In this document: piece after piece, positions 1 through 11,544 of the stretch
Layout of the letters: each line of letters starts with the position of its first letter
Numbering within the stretch: position 1 is the first letter of the stretch
Virus record (IMG/VR): IMGVR_UViG_2912849059_000001
DNA: 64,000 bases
Strand: one strand, 5' to 3'
Source: a virus
Notes under the pieces: model-generated
What the model was told of the DNA's origin: nothing
The model's database searches: none
What the model saw: the letters and a program-made list of their open reading frames with translations, nothing else
Translations under genes and position numbers: made by a program

Positions 1-670
1 TTGAGTGAAACTGGATTCTTATCAGGTGGATTGTTTGACGTACTGTGTTTATAGTGCGAAGTCGAGTTATAAAAATCACTATGAATTAAATCTGCCCATA
101 CGCCCTCGTATTTGATATTGCTATCCGTATCATCAAACCGTTTCCAATCTGGTTCTGGTTCTTTTAATATATCACCAACTTTAGCACCTAAATCTGCGTA
201 ATCAATAGCAGCTAAAAATGTATAAATAAGTCCAGGTGTTCCTGGTGGTAGAGCGGAACCTTTTGCTGTAACTGTAACGAGATGCTCACCTTTCACTAAA
301 TTTAGTTTTTCAAAACAAACATGAAAAGAACTAGAAGTAGCAGGAACCGAACCAGTAAACTTAGTTCCATCAATACTGACTTCAATGTTAAATCTGTGTT
401 CACGCCACCTTTTAAGCATTATGCGTAAAGCTGTTCCAGTAAACTTAAACGAAAATGAGTGGCCCTCTTCTCTCCCTACAAACCAGGCACTTGCATCGCT
501 AAGGTTATCATCTTTCCCTACTACATCCCATTTTCCATCCTGTGCAGTATTAGTACCATATGGTGGCACATCGTAAAAAACTTACCTGGACCTACATTTG
601 CTAAACTGCAATACTTTCGTGTCCAACCGGATTCTGGGTTTAGTAGACTTTTTCCTAATTGATTGGCCAT
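1..670 (-). pseudogene. 5' part of the copy of the 666-aa adhesion-like protein, frameshifted
   Basis: Matches 42427-43097; A-run one base shorter than in the intact copy. Confidence 0.85.
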
Positions 671-685
671 TGTATTCTCTCCTAC

Positions 686-3198
686 TTATCTCGTTTTCTT
701 CCAGTTTGAATTTGTCCACCAGGATTGACGACTATGCCGCAGCCATAACTTAGGATCATCATTTTCTTTTTCGATAACTATTAATTCATCTGGTTTTTCT
801 GTATCTAGTACTCTCTCCATTTTGAATAGCTCATTATCTTCTGGAACTGATTCTCTTTCTGGTGTACGTTCAAACCGTTCATATTTCTCTGTAACGCTTT
901 CTAATTCATGTTCCCTATAAAATGTCTCTCCTTCGTTAGTTGCAGCTTCTATGCTAGTCTGTCGCTCTAATAATTCATGTTCACTAACGATTGCATACCG
1001 TTCAGATTCCCTTGCTGCATCTACTGTTTCAATTACATTTGTATCGGCTGTTATAACTTCTTTATCAGCCGGTGTTATATCAGAGATAATTCCGCCTTCA
1101 AATTCACGTATACCGGTAAAAGCTTCTTGCTCTGTAATAAGGGCTTGTTGTGAATCTTGTTTGTAAGAAATGTCTAAAGTTATGTGTTCAGCATCTAAGA
1201 TAACTGGAACGATGTCTGAAGCTACTTCTTCAATTACTGCAGTTGTATGTTCTTTTATTGCTTTTTCAGATTCAATTGTTTGATCTAGCTTCATTTGCAT
1301 CACATTTAGTGATTTAGATGAATCATTAAGTAAGGCAATACGTGTTTCTAGTTCTTTTGAACACGGCCAAACAAATCGAATTCTGGAAGATATACAGGAA
1401 TACCAAGGCCCTCAAATAAATCAAACTCTTCTATGGTAGTTTGTAATTCTTTTTCGGTTTTATTGGCCACTTCATCAGTATTTACATCAGTAATAAGTAC
1501 GCGTTCTTTTAATCCAAATGAAGAAATTTCATCAACATGTGTAAGTACTGGAGTATCTTCTTTATCAGCTTGTTCCAGTTCAACTACAGTTGCTTGTAGC
1601 TCATTTTTCACTTCTGCAAATGTAACGTTTGGCGATACGCCTTGTAATTCTTTTAAGATACGATGAGAATAATCTGCATCAGTAATACCGGCATTTATTT
1701 CATGTAACCTTTCTGCTTCTTCTGTGACAATTGTCTGTATCTCGAATATGTTTTGCGATTTATTCGCATCGTCAGTTTCGGAAATGTCTTTAACAGATAA
1801 TATCCGTGAAGTATTTTCAACTTCTTGTCCTACCTCTATAGCTACAGTAAATACATTTTCTTTATTTGCGAATTCTTGTTGATCGGCATAAACAGAATCA
1901 AGTGTTTCTACTATACGTTCAAATGTGTGTATTGTATCTACATTCGCATACTGTTCTTTTGTTCTTGTAAATGATGCGGATTCATTTCTTTCAGAATCGA
2001 ATATATTTATTTTCTTGCTTACGTCGTTACTTGCGATAACATCTGCTGCAAGTTCCTTTGTTCGAATAGAGTGATCCAGGTTAATTTGAGCTACATCTAT
2101 GTCACGAATTAAATACGCACTTTCAATATCTTCATAAGGAAGCAGGTCCACATTTTCAATTTCTTCTACACGATTCAACTCATATTGTTTAGCAATAGAC
2201 GTTTCAATGTCTCTTTGCATACGAGCGAATAAATCATAATCCGGAAGATAAACCGGTATACCCATACCATTGAACAAATCAAATTCTTCTATGATTCCTT
2301 TGACTTCTCGCTCTTTTGTACAAAATTCGAATTGTGCCGGAGCATGAAGAAGTATTTCTTTTTGCTGTATATCACCAGTTTCATTTTCGGCAATAGATAC
2401 AGGGAATATATTTGGAACTGCATTAGATAAAGTAACCTCTGCATGTGTAGCTTTTAGCTCCCTGGTAACAATCTCGCTCGTTTCATTATGCATTGATACA
2501 GCTTCATAATCCGTTGTAACTCTGTCTGCCATAAGGTCATTATAAAAACCCTCACCGTATACAATACGTGCAACATTTACCCATTCTGGTAATACTTCCA
2601 CACCTGCAGCGAATTCACGTAACTTACCTTTTAGTAAATCCTGCTGTATGATCGGCGCAACTTCATATTCATTCGTTATAAGATTTGTTACATCAGAAGC
2701 GTGTACCATTGCTTCTATCTCACTTGGTTTTTCGCTCTCTACCCCTTCGATATGGTTTATATCGAAAATTCGTCTATGTTGTGTTGATTCTTCTGCTGAA
2801 ATTAGTTGAACAGAAATACTGTCCATTCGTTGCGAATGCTGCATTTCAATGTTGGCCACATTTATATTTCGATTTAAATCAGAATCAGTTGCATTTGAAA
2901 TGAAGGCTTCTACCTCTATTTGTCGCAATGCATTCTCTACAACATCTGTTAAAATCCCTTTTGCTCTTACTTTTGTGGCAGTTACTCCTGCGTTATCTTC
3001 TTTAACAGCCTTATATCTCGCATAAGGAGCAATACAAACTGGATAATCGACATCATTTTTATTTTCTGTATTCGCAGGTGTAATAGAAAAAGAATAAACT
3101 TTTTCATTCTGATTAGGTCCAGAACCAACGACAACAACATGACTTTTTTCTTTGGTACATATAGAAGGGGAAGCAATAGAATAAACTTTTTCACTCAT
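686..3198 (-). pseudogene. Frameshifted copy of the 837-aa acidic protein (split into 616 + 205 aa ORFs)
   Basis: Identical translation to 43113-45626 except for the T5-to-T4 deletion at 1355-1358. Confidence 0.9.
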
Positions 3199-3219
3199 TC
3201 TTCTGCTACCCCCTTATGC

Positions 3220-4956
3220 TTAAATATCTTCTTTGTAGATTGCTAAACCAATTGGATTAAATGGTGTTGCTTTCGCTTGTGTCATAGGACAAACCGGCGT
3301 TGTTGGTAATGTATAACGATATAATTGGGCCATTTCATAAGCGCCTGTGATTTCAGAACCAATAACCGGTGCTTCGTTAAATGTAACGGTCTTATCCTCT
3401 GCATTGTATACATAATCTGTTTTTTCTACTTCTTTACATGAAATGAATAATCGTAACGTTTCGCCCTTTGGTTTATGTTCTAAATGAAATACTTTACGGT
3501 GGCCATCACCTTGACCAAGTACTTCATCTACAACTGTTTTTTCAATTTCTAGCTCATCAGCTTGCTGGATATTCTTTGGATGAACCGCATATACGTCATC
3601 CAGTTTTCCAACGTATCCATCATTTGGATGCACAATATAAATTTGAGATAAATGGTATTTACCACTATAAACCGATGGATTAAAGCGTCCTTGGCCACTA
3701 TCTACTGACATATCATGAGTAATGAAAGCTAAATAATGATGCTGGTACATGGCTCCTGTACTTGATTGTGATAATTGAACCGTTTCATTTCCGTTTGATG
3801 TATCAGAACCATAATCAAGTGGCGCATTACCGATTTTCTTATTTGGTGAATATACAAATTGGTCGCCTGGTCTGCAGCCGCTTAAAATAATCATGTTTTT
3901 TCTTGGTGCAACATCGAATGTATATAATTTTCCAATATACAACGGAACAAATAATGCACGAACTGGATTTGGCGTTGGATCTACACGCATAAACATAATT
4001 AAGCGGTCCTTGTTTGCATTCCCATACAGATAAACAACAGAGTCGCGATTTAATTCTTTAGAGAAACGTTGCTCCGGTGTAAAACTAATTGATGTATAAG
4101 GCGATGGATTCACAAAATTAATCGTAGAATATACTTCGCCCATAATACTTTCCATCTTTTGTACATCGAAACTTGTTTTTGCCGTTAATGTATCCAGTGT
4201 TCCGTCTTCTTTTGGTAATAAGAAATAAATACCGCTAATCTTAATTGTTGTATCTGCTGCAGGTGCGGTTTTAAATACAATTTCCGTTTCAGTGAACGAG
4301 TACTCGCTAGGATCAACAATAGTATTATCCTTGTAAACTACGGTCCTGCTTTCGTCAAAGTTAGGGAATGGTAATGCGAAGTTCTTTTTTGTTCCATTTC
4401 CTTTTCCTAATTCCCCTAATTTATCACCGGAAAGGATCTCTTTTTCAATAAAGTATCGATTGAAAGTGAACAGCAGCATGTCATTGTTTGGCTCATATGT
4501 GTTGGTAGCTAATCTATATTCGCATGTTACTTTATCGCCTTTTGCAATAGCGGTAGTAAATGTTACTTTTCCTGTAGTTGCATCCACCTTATATTTACTC
4601 TTTTCTTGTTCAAACCCATTTACATATACAATGACAGAAGGGCCAAGAACAGGAGAAACAGGGATAGAGAAATCTTTCTTCACGCCATCCCCCATCCCTA
4701 ATTTACCTAGTGGAGAATCTGCAGAAATAAACCGGCTATCAGTGAAATCAGAATCCGCAGTGTCATACGCATTTGCTATACCGAATCTTCTGCGTTCGCC
4801 ATCACTTCCTAACGATTCAAACAACCTTACATCAATAAATTTTGAAATGCCGCTCTTAATTTGGAAAAATAGCGTTCGTTTCCAACCGTTATCAGCAAAT
4901 AGTTTTTCTAATTCTTGCGGTAATGTTTGTAAATATACGACTTTATCAAACCACAT
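3220..4956 (-). CDS. Virion fibre/structural protein, 578 aa (copy of 45648-47384)
   Basis: Identical translation to the second copy. Confidence 0.85.
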   Translation of the reverse strand: MWFDKVVYLQTLPQELEKLFADNGWKRTLFFQIKSGISKFIDVRLFESLGSDGERRRFGIANAYDTADSDFTDSRFISADSPLGKLGMGDGVKKDFSIPVSPVLGPSVIVYVNGFEQEKSKYKVDATTGKVTFTTAIAKGDKVTCEYRLATNTYEPNNDMLLFTFNRYFIEKEILSGDKLGELGKGNGTKKNFALPFPNFDESRTVVYKDNTIVDPSEYSFTETEIVFKTAPAADTTIKISGIYFLLPKEDGTLDTLTAKTSFDVQKMESIMGEVYSTINFVNPSPYTSISFTPEQRFSKELNRDSVVYLYGNANKDRLIMFMRVDPTPNPVRALFVPLYIGKLYTFDVAPRKNMIILSGCRPGDQFVYSPNKKIGNAPLDYGSDTSNGNETVQLSQSSTGAMYQHHYLAFITHDMSVDSGQGRFNPSVYSGKYHLSQIYIVHPNDGYVGKLDDVYAVHPKNIQQADELEIEKTVVDEVLGQGDGHRKVFHLEHKPKGETLRLFISCKEVEKTDYVYNAEDKTVTFNEAPVIGSEITGAYEMAQLYRYTLPTTPVCPMTQAKATPFNPIGLAIYKEDI

Positions 4957-4970
4957 ATATGTACACTCCT

Positions 4971-6320
4971 TTATACTGTTTTCTCAAAAATACCTAACCC
5001 AGCAGGACGATACGCCGTAGCAGGTCTTTTTGTAATTGGTGAAATAGCATCTACATTAAAGAATTTGTAAATGTCGTGTGAATCCGGACAAGTATTCTTT
5101 CTAACTTTTAATCTATCGCCATTTAATAGACCTAGCGGAGACAATAGGATCATATAAGGTAAATATCCACGTACACCTTCATCTGGATGCACAATATAAG
5201 CACGAGAAGTATGTACTTTATTGCTATAAACAGACGGGTTAAATTGATATTTGTATTCGTCATTATCTTGTGACTGCCATGCTAGTGAATATTGACCGCC
5301 ATCTTTACCAACGCGATCTGGTGGCATTGCATTAGGCGCTACATTCCAAGCAATAAAATGAGCCTGGTACCTTGCTCCTAATCGTGAACGTTTAATAATT
5401 ACATTATCAATACCGTTACCAGGAGAACGTGGATAAGACTTCATGACAGGCATGTAATTTTCTACATTTCTATATGGTGTCGTATCGTTAAAATCGAATT
5501 TGTGTGATGCTGCTTCGTTCCCGGTATCAAATGCGGTTCCTGCCCATAATGCATCCCCTAATGTATCATCGTTAGCGTAACTTTCTAATTGGCCCATATA
5601 AAGCGGAGTAACTGGAACTACATTGTTTTCAAAAGCTGGTGTATTATCTGCTTGTATTAATAAAACAACGCGACTTTCATCAACTTGGCCATTAATTCGC
5701 ACTAATGAATCTGGCCACCAATTTGTTTGAGCATCGACACCTTGGATATTCGTATTTCGCAATGTTACTTTCACCCAAGGAGACATCATGACTTGTGTCT
5801 CTGCTTCATCATAAGAGTAAACTTTATATGTACCGCCACCACTTGGACTTACTTTTGTAGTAACTGTTATCTTAGTTAATTCCACATCTAATAATATTTT
5901 TTCAAATTTATTAGATTCATAAGGAAGAACAAGTATACCTTCATCAACAACGCTTGGTTCTTTTTCAATCATATAAACATAAAAACAAGAACGATCCCTG
6001 CCACTTTCTAGACGTTTTTTACCGTCTTCGGCAAAAGCTTTCTTTCCTTCTTCATTTGTGAAGTTGTATTTTATCTCTGACTTTTTAAGTGACCATTTTG
6101 AAATTTGAGCAATCCCATAAATAGAACCGCTATTGTTCTTCACTAACATGTGTTTACTCATGCCAAATTCAAATTTTGTATCATCGTCAGATTTCTGTTC
6201 CATATCTGGATAAACAGATCTGAAAAATGATTTTACTTTCTTCCATCCGTTAGCGATTACCAATTTAACAATTTCGTCTTGGAATTCGCCTTCTGTATAC
6301 ATTTTTTCAACGTATGCCAT
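4971..6320 (-). CDS. Virion fibre/structural protein, 449 aa (copy of 47399-48748)
   Basis: Identical translation to the second copy. Confidence 0.85.
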   Translation of the reverse strand: MAYVEKMYTEGEFQDEIVKLVIANGWKKVKSFFRSVYPDMEQKSDDDTKFEFGMSKHMLVKNNSGSIYGIAQISKWSLKKSEIKYNFTNEEGKKAFAEDGKKRLESGRDRSCFYVYMIEKEPSVVDEGILVLPYESNKFEKILLDVELTKITVTTKVSPSGGGTYKVYSYDEAETQVMMSPWVKVTLRNTNIQGVDAQTNWWPDSLVRINGQVDESRVVLLIQADNTPAFENNVVPVTPLYMGQLESYANDDTLGDALWAGTAFDTGNEAASHKFDFNDTTPYRNVENYMPVMKSYPRSPGNGIDNVIIKRSRLGARYQAHFIAWNVAPNAMPPDRVGKDGGQYSLAWQSQDNDEYKYQFNPSVYSNKVHTSRAYIVHPDEGVRGYLPYMILLSPLGLLNGDRLKVRKNTCPDSHDIYKFFNVDAISPITKRPATAYRPAGLGIFEKTV

Positions 6321-6333
6321 CTATTACACGCTC

Positions 6334-6714
6334 CTAATCTCTTAATAGTTGGTAATTAAGCCATATAACCTTTTTCTCTGCGGATGCATTGTGGTATTCG
6401 AACTTTAGCTCTGCATTAGCAGGTATAGGTTTTACAATGGAGAAATTAAATCCCTCCGGCACATCTTTTACATAAACCTCTTTAAATACTTGTTGGCCAT
6501 TAATAAATAAATTCCAGTAGTCCGAGTCACTGTAATGTGAAGCAGCAACAGAAAAAGCAATCATTTCTGTTTCGAATGGTAGTGAAAACTTATCTACATG
6601 AATTTCATCATGTATACCAATTCTTCGCCCTTGTATGAATGGCTCTGTTTTTGTTGGGAAGTAAGGTGCGTCAAATCTTCCACCAGCCATATAGGTAACA
6701 GCAAAACTCATCAA
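6334..6714 (-). CDS. 126-aa tail-module protein (copy of 48762-49142)
   Basis: Identical translation. Confidence 0.85.
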   Translation of the reverse strand: MMSFAVTYMAGGRFDAPYFPTKTEPFIQGRRIGIHDEIHVDKFSLPFETEMIAFSVAASHYSDSDYWNLFINGQQVFKEVYVKDVPEGFNFSIVKPIPANAELKFEYHNASAEKKVIWLNYQLLRD

Positions 6715-6723
6715 TACGCCCCC

Positions 6724-7104
6724 TTATCTTAAAAAGTGCAATTCAAACCAAACTGTTTTATCAAGAATTCCTTGGTTATGGAATCGAAATACAATTGTGT
6801 CTCCTGCTTTAACTGCTTTATAAACCATAAAGTGCATCCCTTCCGGAAGCCGCTTTGTATAAATATCTTGGCAAACGGTTTGCCCGTTTACGATTAAATC
6901 CCATTTATCATCTAATTCGTAAATGGAAGAACTAACACTAATTGCGTAAATCTCCATATCTGCAGGTAATGTATATTTCACTTCATCTGTTTTAAATGAT
7001 GTGGAATCCATAATGAAACCTGGTATGAATGGTTCTGTTTTAGTTGGATGAAAAGGTGGATCTAATCGGCCACCGGCTAAATAGGTTGTTTCAAACAAGA
7101 GCAA
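6724..7104 (-). CDS. 126-aa tail-module protein (copy of 49152-49532)
   Basis: Identical translation. Confidence 0.85.
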   Translation of the reverse strand: MLLFETTYLAGGRLDPPFHPTKTEPFIPGFIMDSTSFKTDEVKYTLPADMEIYAISVSSSIYELDDKWDLIVNGQTVCQDIYTKRLPEGMHFMVYKAVKAGDTIVFRFHNQGILDKTVWFELHFLR

Positions 7105-7142
7105 TCACCCTTTTTCGTGTATTAAAAAATTCCCGTGCATCA

Positions 7143-7396
7143 TTACGACACATCGGGAATTGGTAAATCAGATAGTATACCGTTACCTTTATTAAGGAGT
7201 CTCGGCTGCACACGCTCTAATTGTTTTTGTGCATTGTATATTAATTGTATCTCCATTTCTTTTCCGGTTACTTTATGAGAGATAAGAACCTTTTCTAGCA
7301 TACCTTGTGAATTAAAGGCTAAATCATAGTGTAAATATTTATCTCCATCAACTGCAGATAAACGAGCACCATCACGAATAAGGGTATAGCCTTCTG
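7143..7396 (-). pseudogene. 3' part of the 127-aa gene (49571-49954), 5'-truncated by Tn4430
   Basis: EGYTLIRDG...DVS matches the intact copy; the sequence switches to the Tn4430 IR at 7397. Confidence 0.9.
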
Positions 7397-7447
7397 GGGG
7401 TACCGCCAGCATTTCGGAAAAAAACCACGCTAAGGATTTTTTCTATA

Positions 7448-7484
7448 AAAAGAGCCGTTATATTAAGAATAAAACGGCTCTTTT
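7448..7484 (-). terminator. tnpA terminator hairpin
   Basis: AAAAGAGCCGTT / AACGGCTCTTTT inverted repeat at the tnpA 3' end. Confidence 0.7.
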
Positions 7485-10426
7485 ATACGTAAAGGACGTA
7501 AATTCATTTGCCCAGTGTCATGTAATCCTTCAAATTTGTATTCTCCAAGAAAATTGATATGTTCCCATCCTAACGGCCACGCATATGGCATTAAATCTTC
7601 TCTAAATTCTCCTCTTGCTTTTAATTCTTCTACGGCTTTTTCCATATATACAGTGTTCCACACACTTATAGCGTTAATAATTATGTTTAGTGCACTAGCT
7701 CTTTGTAACTGGTCTTGGAGAGCACGTTCTCTAAATTCTCCACGTTGTCCAAAAAATATAATTCTAGCTAATGCATTGATTGCTTCTCCTTTATTTAAAC
7801 CTTTTTGAACCCGTCTCCTTACGGCTTTATTAGATATGTAATCCAGCGTAAAGAGGGTTTTCTCGATTCGTCCCATTTCTCCAAGTGCTGTTGCGAGTTT
7901 ATTTTGTCTTGCATATGATCCGAGCTTCCCCATGATAAGAGCGCTAGATACTTTTCCTGTTTGAACCGAGTATGCCAACCTTCTAATATCTTCATAGTTT
8001 TCTTTTATTAACTTTACATTAATTTTTCCTTTTAAAAGTGCTTGAACATTTTCATATTCTTCTCCACCAGGTATAGAAAAAAGCTTAGTATCTGCCAAAT
8101 CACGAATACGAGGAGCAAATCGAAATCCCAACAAGTGTGTTAAAGCGAAAACTTGATCTGTATATCCAGCTGTATCTGTGTAATGTTCTTCAATTTTTAA
8201 ATCTGTTTCATGATGAAGAAGCCCATCTAATACATGAAGAGCATCTCGTGCATTGGTAGTAATGACTTTCACATGATAGGCAGATAGCTGATCACTTACA
8301 AATCGATAAATGGTTCCACCTTTTCCCGTTCCATAGTGTGGATTGGAATCTGCATGTAGAGAACGTACAGCAATGGATAAACGCATACCATCAGAAGAAG
8401 AAGTTGTCCCATCTCCCCAATAGGATGATAACTTTTGTTCCTTTTGGAAATTCACGAGAATAGATTGAGCGCGAACCATTGCATCATCATACATTCTCCA
8501 TTGTGAAGCATTTGCCATTTGTCTATAGGAGATTCCAGGGGTAGCTTCCGCCATTTTTGTAAGACCTATATTTGTCCCCATTGCCATCAAAGTAGCTAAT
8601 ACAATATTCTGTTCCTCTTGATCAGGAGATTGATTGGTAGAGGCGTGGATAAATTGATCATGAAATCCAGTCCAACTGGCCACTTCTATTAGTAAATCTG
8701 TCAGTTTTATTCTGGGTAACATACTATGAAGAAGTTTACTAAATGCTTTTGCTTCTTCTGGAGTTCCTCTATCCAATCGCTCAACATGTAGTTTTCCTTG
8801 ACTAATATCTACTCCTTCTAATTTCTCGCTATTTTTTGATAACCATTCTAAATGTTCATTTAATCGGTTTATTCGGTCAGTTATATAATCTTCAGCTTTT
8901 AAAGGGGCTGTAAGGCCATTTGGAATGTTTGAAACTTCGTTCCATTCATCATACGGTATAAGATAATCATCAAATGCCTTATGATGTCTACTGCCTGATA
9001 CAAAAATATCTCCTGAACGAATATGATTTCTTAACTCGGTTAAAGCTGCCAATTCATAATAGTGCCGATTAATGTTTCCGTCATCATCATATACATGTTT
9101 TTGCCAACGGTTAGATACAAAGTGTAAGGGAGCGCCATGAGGCACTTTTCGTTTACCTGTTTCATTCAATTCATGAATCGTATCAAGTGCTTGTAAAACG
9201 GGTTCTCCAGATTTCGTCGCTCTAAAATGAAGACTGCGTAATAAAGTAGGTGCATATCGTCTAACATAGGAATAACGAGTATTTAACAAATCCAAATAGT
9301 CATAATTTAAAGGCCGTGATAGTTGTTTTGCTTCTTCAACAGATTCGACCATCTCATTCCATGACATTACTTCATCTAGGGCTGCAAAAGCATCTTTACC
9401 CGTTTCTTTTGCCTCAATTAGTGTCCCGCATACAGTAATAAATTGTAAAATCTTCTCGTTTAATTTTTTCCCATTTGCTTGCTGTATTTCGTCTTGTTCT
9501 TTTTTCCCTTTTGTTTGAAGATTCATCATAAGACGATCATGAATTTCAATTGCGTAATCTATAAGGTCTTGTGTAATCTCCAATAAAAATGAGACTAACA
9601 TACTATATCTTTTTACTTCATTGAATCGTCTAAAAGCATATGGCTCATATTTTGATCCTAATCTAGCGAGCTGCCGAAGACGATTTGTATTAATTTTTGT
9701 GGTATCAATAGTAAGACCAATTTTTTGAACAAATTGTAATCGGTCTATTACTTTTAAAAATGATTCTGGTGAAGGCTGGGCCGGTACATCTTTTAGCCAT
9801 GCTAATGGAGACTTACCATTTATAGTTGGTAAAAGTAACGCATCTAATTGATCTTTTTGTTCTTGGACCAAACCGTCATGTAGTATACTATACACTTTCT
9901 GATCTGCTTGTTGCTTTGCTTCCCAGACGATATCTTCAATCACATACATAGCTGGAAGAATGACTTTCATTTTTCGCAATGTAGATATTGTTATTTCAAT
10001 TAAATAGAGGGTATTATTGTTATCCATTGCTTGTTGCACTAAAAATTGTAATAAAGTTTCTTTATATTCAGAAGAAAAATTCTGATATCCATATTCTGTT
10101 CGAATTTCCCCAAGATGCTCCCATAAAGTATTCCCACGTTTGGCATATACTAAAAATTCTTCAGGTGGAATCTGTAACTGACTCGCAACGTAAGCCACTA
10201 CATATTGTGGAATGTCTTTATATTCTGTTAAGGACCAGCCAGGATAACGAATTAATACAAGCTGAAGAGCGAACCCTAAACGATTGTATCCTCTACGGTG
10301 TTTTAATATTAAATGTAAGTCATGTTTAGAAAAAGTATGAAATGTTACCAAATCCCATTCTGTTAAACGTGATAAATCCATTAACTCATTTCGTTGTGCC
10401 TCTGACAGTAATTGTTTAACTCCCAT
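7463..10426 (-). CDS. tnpA: Tn3-family DDE transposase
   Basis: 987 aa; motifs SSSDGMR, HYTDTAGY, GLNKGEA. Confidence 0.97.
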   Translation of the reverse strand: MGVKQLLSEAQRNELMDLSRLTEWDLVTFHTFSKHDLHLILKHRRGYNRLGFALQLVLIRYPGWSLTEYKDIPQYVVAYVASQLQIPPEEFLVYAKRGNTLWEHLGEIRTEYGYQNFSSEYKETLLQFLVQQAMDNNNTLYLIEITISTLRKMKVILPAMYVIEDIVWEAKQQADQKVYSILHDGLVQEQKDQLDALLLPTINGKSPLAWLKDVPAQPSPESFLKVIDRLQFVQKIGLTIDTTKINTNRLRQLARLGSKYEPYAFRRFNEVKRYSMLVSFLLEITQDLIDYAIEIHDRLMMNLQTKGKKEQDEIQQANGKKLNEKILQFITVCGTLIEAKETGKDAFAALDEVMSWNEMVESVEEAKQLSRPLNYDYLDLLNTRYSYVRRYAPTLLRSLHFRATKSGEPVLQALDTIHELNETGKRKVPHGAPLHFVSNRWQKHVYDDDGNINRHYYELAALTELRNHIRSGDIFVSGSRHHKAFDDYLIPYDEWNEVSNIPNGLTAPLKAEDYITDRINRLNEHLEWLSKNSEKLEGVDISQGKLHVERLDRGTPEEAKAFSKLLHSMLPRIKLTDLLIEVASWTGFHDQFIHASTNQSPDQEEQNIVLATLMAMGTNIGLTKMAEATPGISYRQMANASQWRMYDDAMVRAQSILVNFQKEQKLSSYWGDGTTSSSDGMRLSIAVRSLHADSNPHYGTGKGGTIYRFVSDQLSAYHVKVITTNARDALHVLDGLLHHETDLKIEEHYTDTAGYTDQVFALTHLLGFRFAPRIRDLADTKLFSIPGGEEYENVQALLKGKINVKLIKENYEDIRRLAYSVQTGKVSSALIMGKLGSYARQNKLATALGEMGRIEKTLFTLDYISNKAVRRRVQKGLNKGEAINALARIIFFGQRGEFRERALQDQLQRASALNIIINAISVWNTVYMEKAVEELKARGEFREDLMPYAWPLGWEHINFLGEYKFEGLHDTGQMNLRPLRIKEPFYS

Positions 10427-10444
10427 TGTTTCCCCTTTACTCCT

Positions 10445-11299
10445 TTATAAGAGCTCCATTTTATTTTTTAGCTGCAGTTGGTTTGGATTTGTGTAAAGTA
10501 GTGTCGTATGGATGTTAGAGTGCCCAGCTTGATTTGCAACTTCATGAATGCTAAATCCTTTTTCAATTGCATTCGTACAGAAGAAGTGTCGTAATTGGTG
10601 TGGAGTAATAACATTGCTGTATGATTTAAAGATACGATTGACGACCGTACGGTCGAGCTTTTCTCGCTTTTTACTAATAAAAAGATACGGAGATTCATGT
10701 GCTGTACTGTATGTTTTTCGATCGATGAGATAATCTTTGATAGCACTAAGTACCTTACTATTTAGTAATACAATTCGTTGTTTACCTCCTTTTCCACTTC
10801 GAATAATACATTCCCCAGTCTGTAAATTGAAGTCATTCATTTTGATAGATAATGCCTCTGAAATACGTACTCCTGTATATGCTAGGAGAGTGGCAATTGC
10901 ATAATTACGTTTGTTATTATCCTCTAACACACTTTGTAAAAACTTTTTTACATCTAATTCAACAATTTGGGTTGGAGAAGCATAGACAGTTTGAACCTTT
11001 ATCATGTCTGTTTTTAAAATTACTTGATCTTGTTGACTTCCTTTCTGTATTAGAAATTCATTAAATTTAGCAAGGCTACTAATCTTGTGGTTAATGGACT
11101 TGGCGTTCAACATTTTGACATTCTTTAAATAACTAATGTACTCTAAGATATTTTGTCGGTACAATTTTGTTAATTTTCTGTCATAGGAACCTTCAAACCA
11201 TTTTATGTACTGTCTAATACCTGATGTGTATCCCTGAACAGTGTTCTCAGTTTTATTCTCTTGTTTAAGATAAGAAGAAAACTGTTTTGCAACATCCAT
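10445..11299 (-). CDS. tnpI: Tyrosine recombinase (cointegrate resolvase)
   Basis: 284 aa; TGVRISE, HQLRHF, GHSNIHTTLLY (R-H-R-H-Y set). Confidence 0.96.
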   Translation of the reverse strand: MDVAKQFSSYLKQENKTENTVQGYTSGIRQYIKWFEGSYDRKLTKLYRQNILEYISYLKNVKMLNAKSINHKISSLAKFNEFLIQKGSQQDQVILKTDMIKVQTVYASPTQIVELDVKKFLQSVLEDNNKRNYAIATLLAYTGVRISEALSIKMNDFNLQTGECIIRSGKGGKQRIVLLNSKVLSAIKDYLIDRKTYSTAHESPYLFISKKREKLDRTVVNRIFKSYSNVITPHQLRHFFCTNAIEKGFSIHEVANQAGHSNIHTTLLYTNPNQLQLKNKMELL

Positions 11300-11317
11300 G
11301 TGATTTCCTCCGCGTCT

Positions 11318-11433
11318 ATAAATTGTGTTGCGTCTAAAAGTATTTATTTATCGATAAATTGTGTTGCGTTAAACCCCTAGATTTATATTTATTATAACAC
11401 CTAATACAACACAATTAATATTGTGTTGTATTA
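11318..11433. promoter_or_regulatory. Tn4430 internal resolution site
   Basis: Core TAATACAACACAAT-taat-ATTGTGTTGTATTA (11402-11433) plus direct repeats ATAAATTGTGTTGCGT at 11318-11333 and 11354-11369. Confidence 0.9.
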
Positions 11434-11544
11434 TTTTTTGTATAAAAAAAGACACTGTATGTGTCTTGGAATAATGATATATTTTCTGATTTTTTAACTC
11501 TGATTTTCTTAGCGTGGTTTTTTTCCGAAATGCTGGCGGTACCC

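Larger units (their letters stand above)
1..7396. repeat. Direct repeat of 42427-49824 (tail/fibre module); probably continues left of the window
   Basis: Same sequence and translated ORFs at offset 42426-42428. The only differences I found are two 1-bp homopolymer deletions (A6 at 575-580 vs A7 at 43001-43007; T4 at 1355-1358 vs T5 at 43782-43786). Confidence 0.97.

Noticed and set aside
7143-7412. 89-aa ORF MLAVPPEGY...
   Set aside because: Chimera of an ATG inside the Tn4430 IR and the truncated 127-aa gene; no RBS, and it lies downstream of the tnpA terminator
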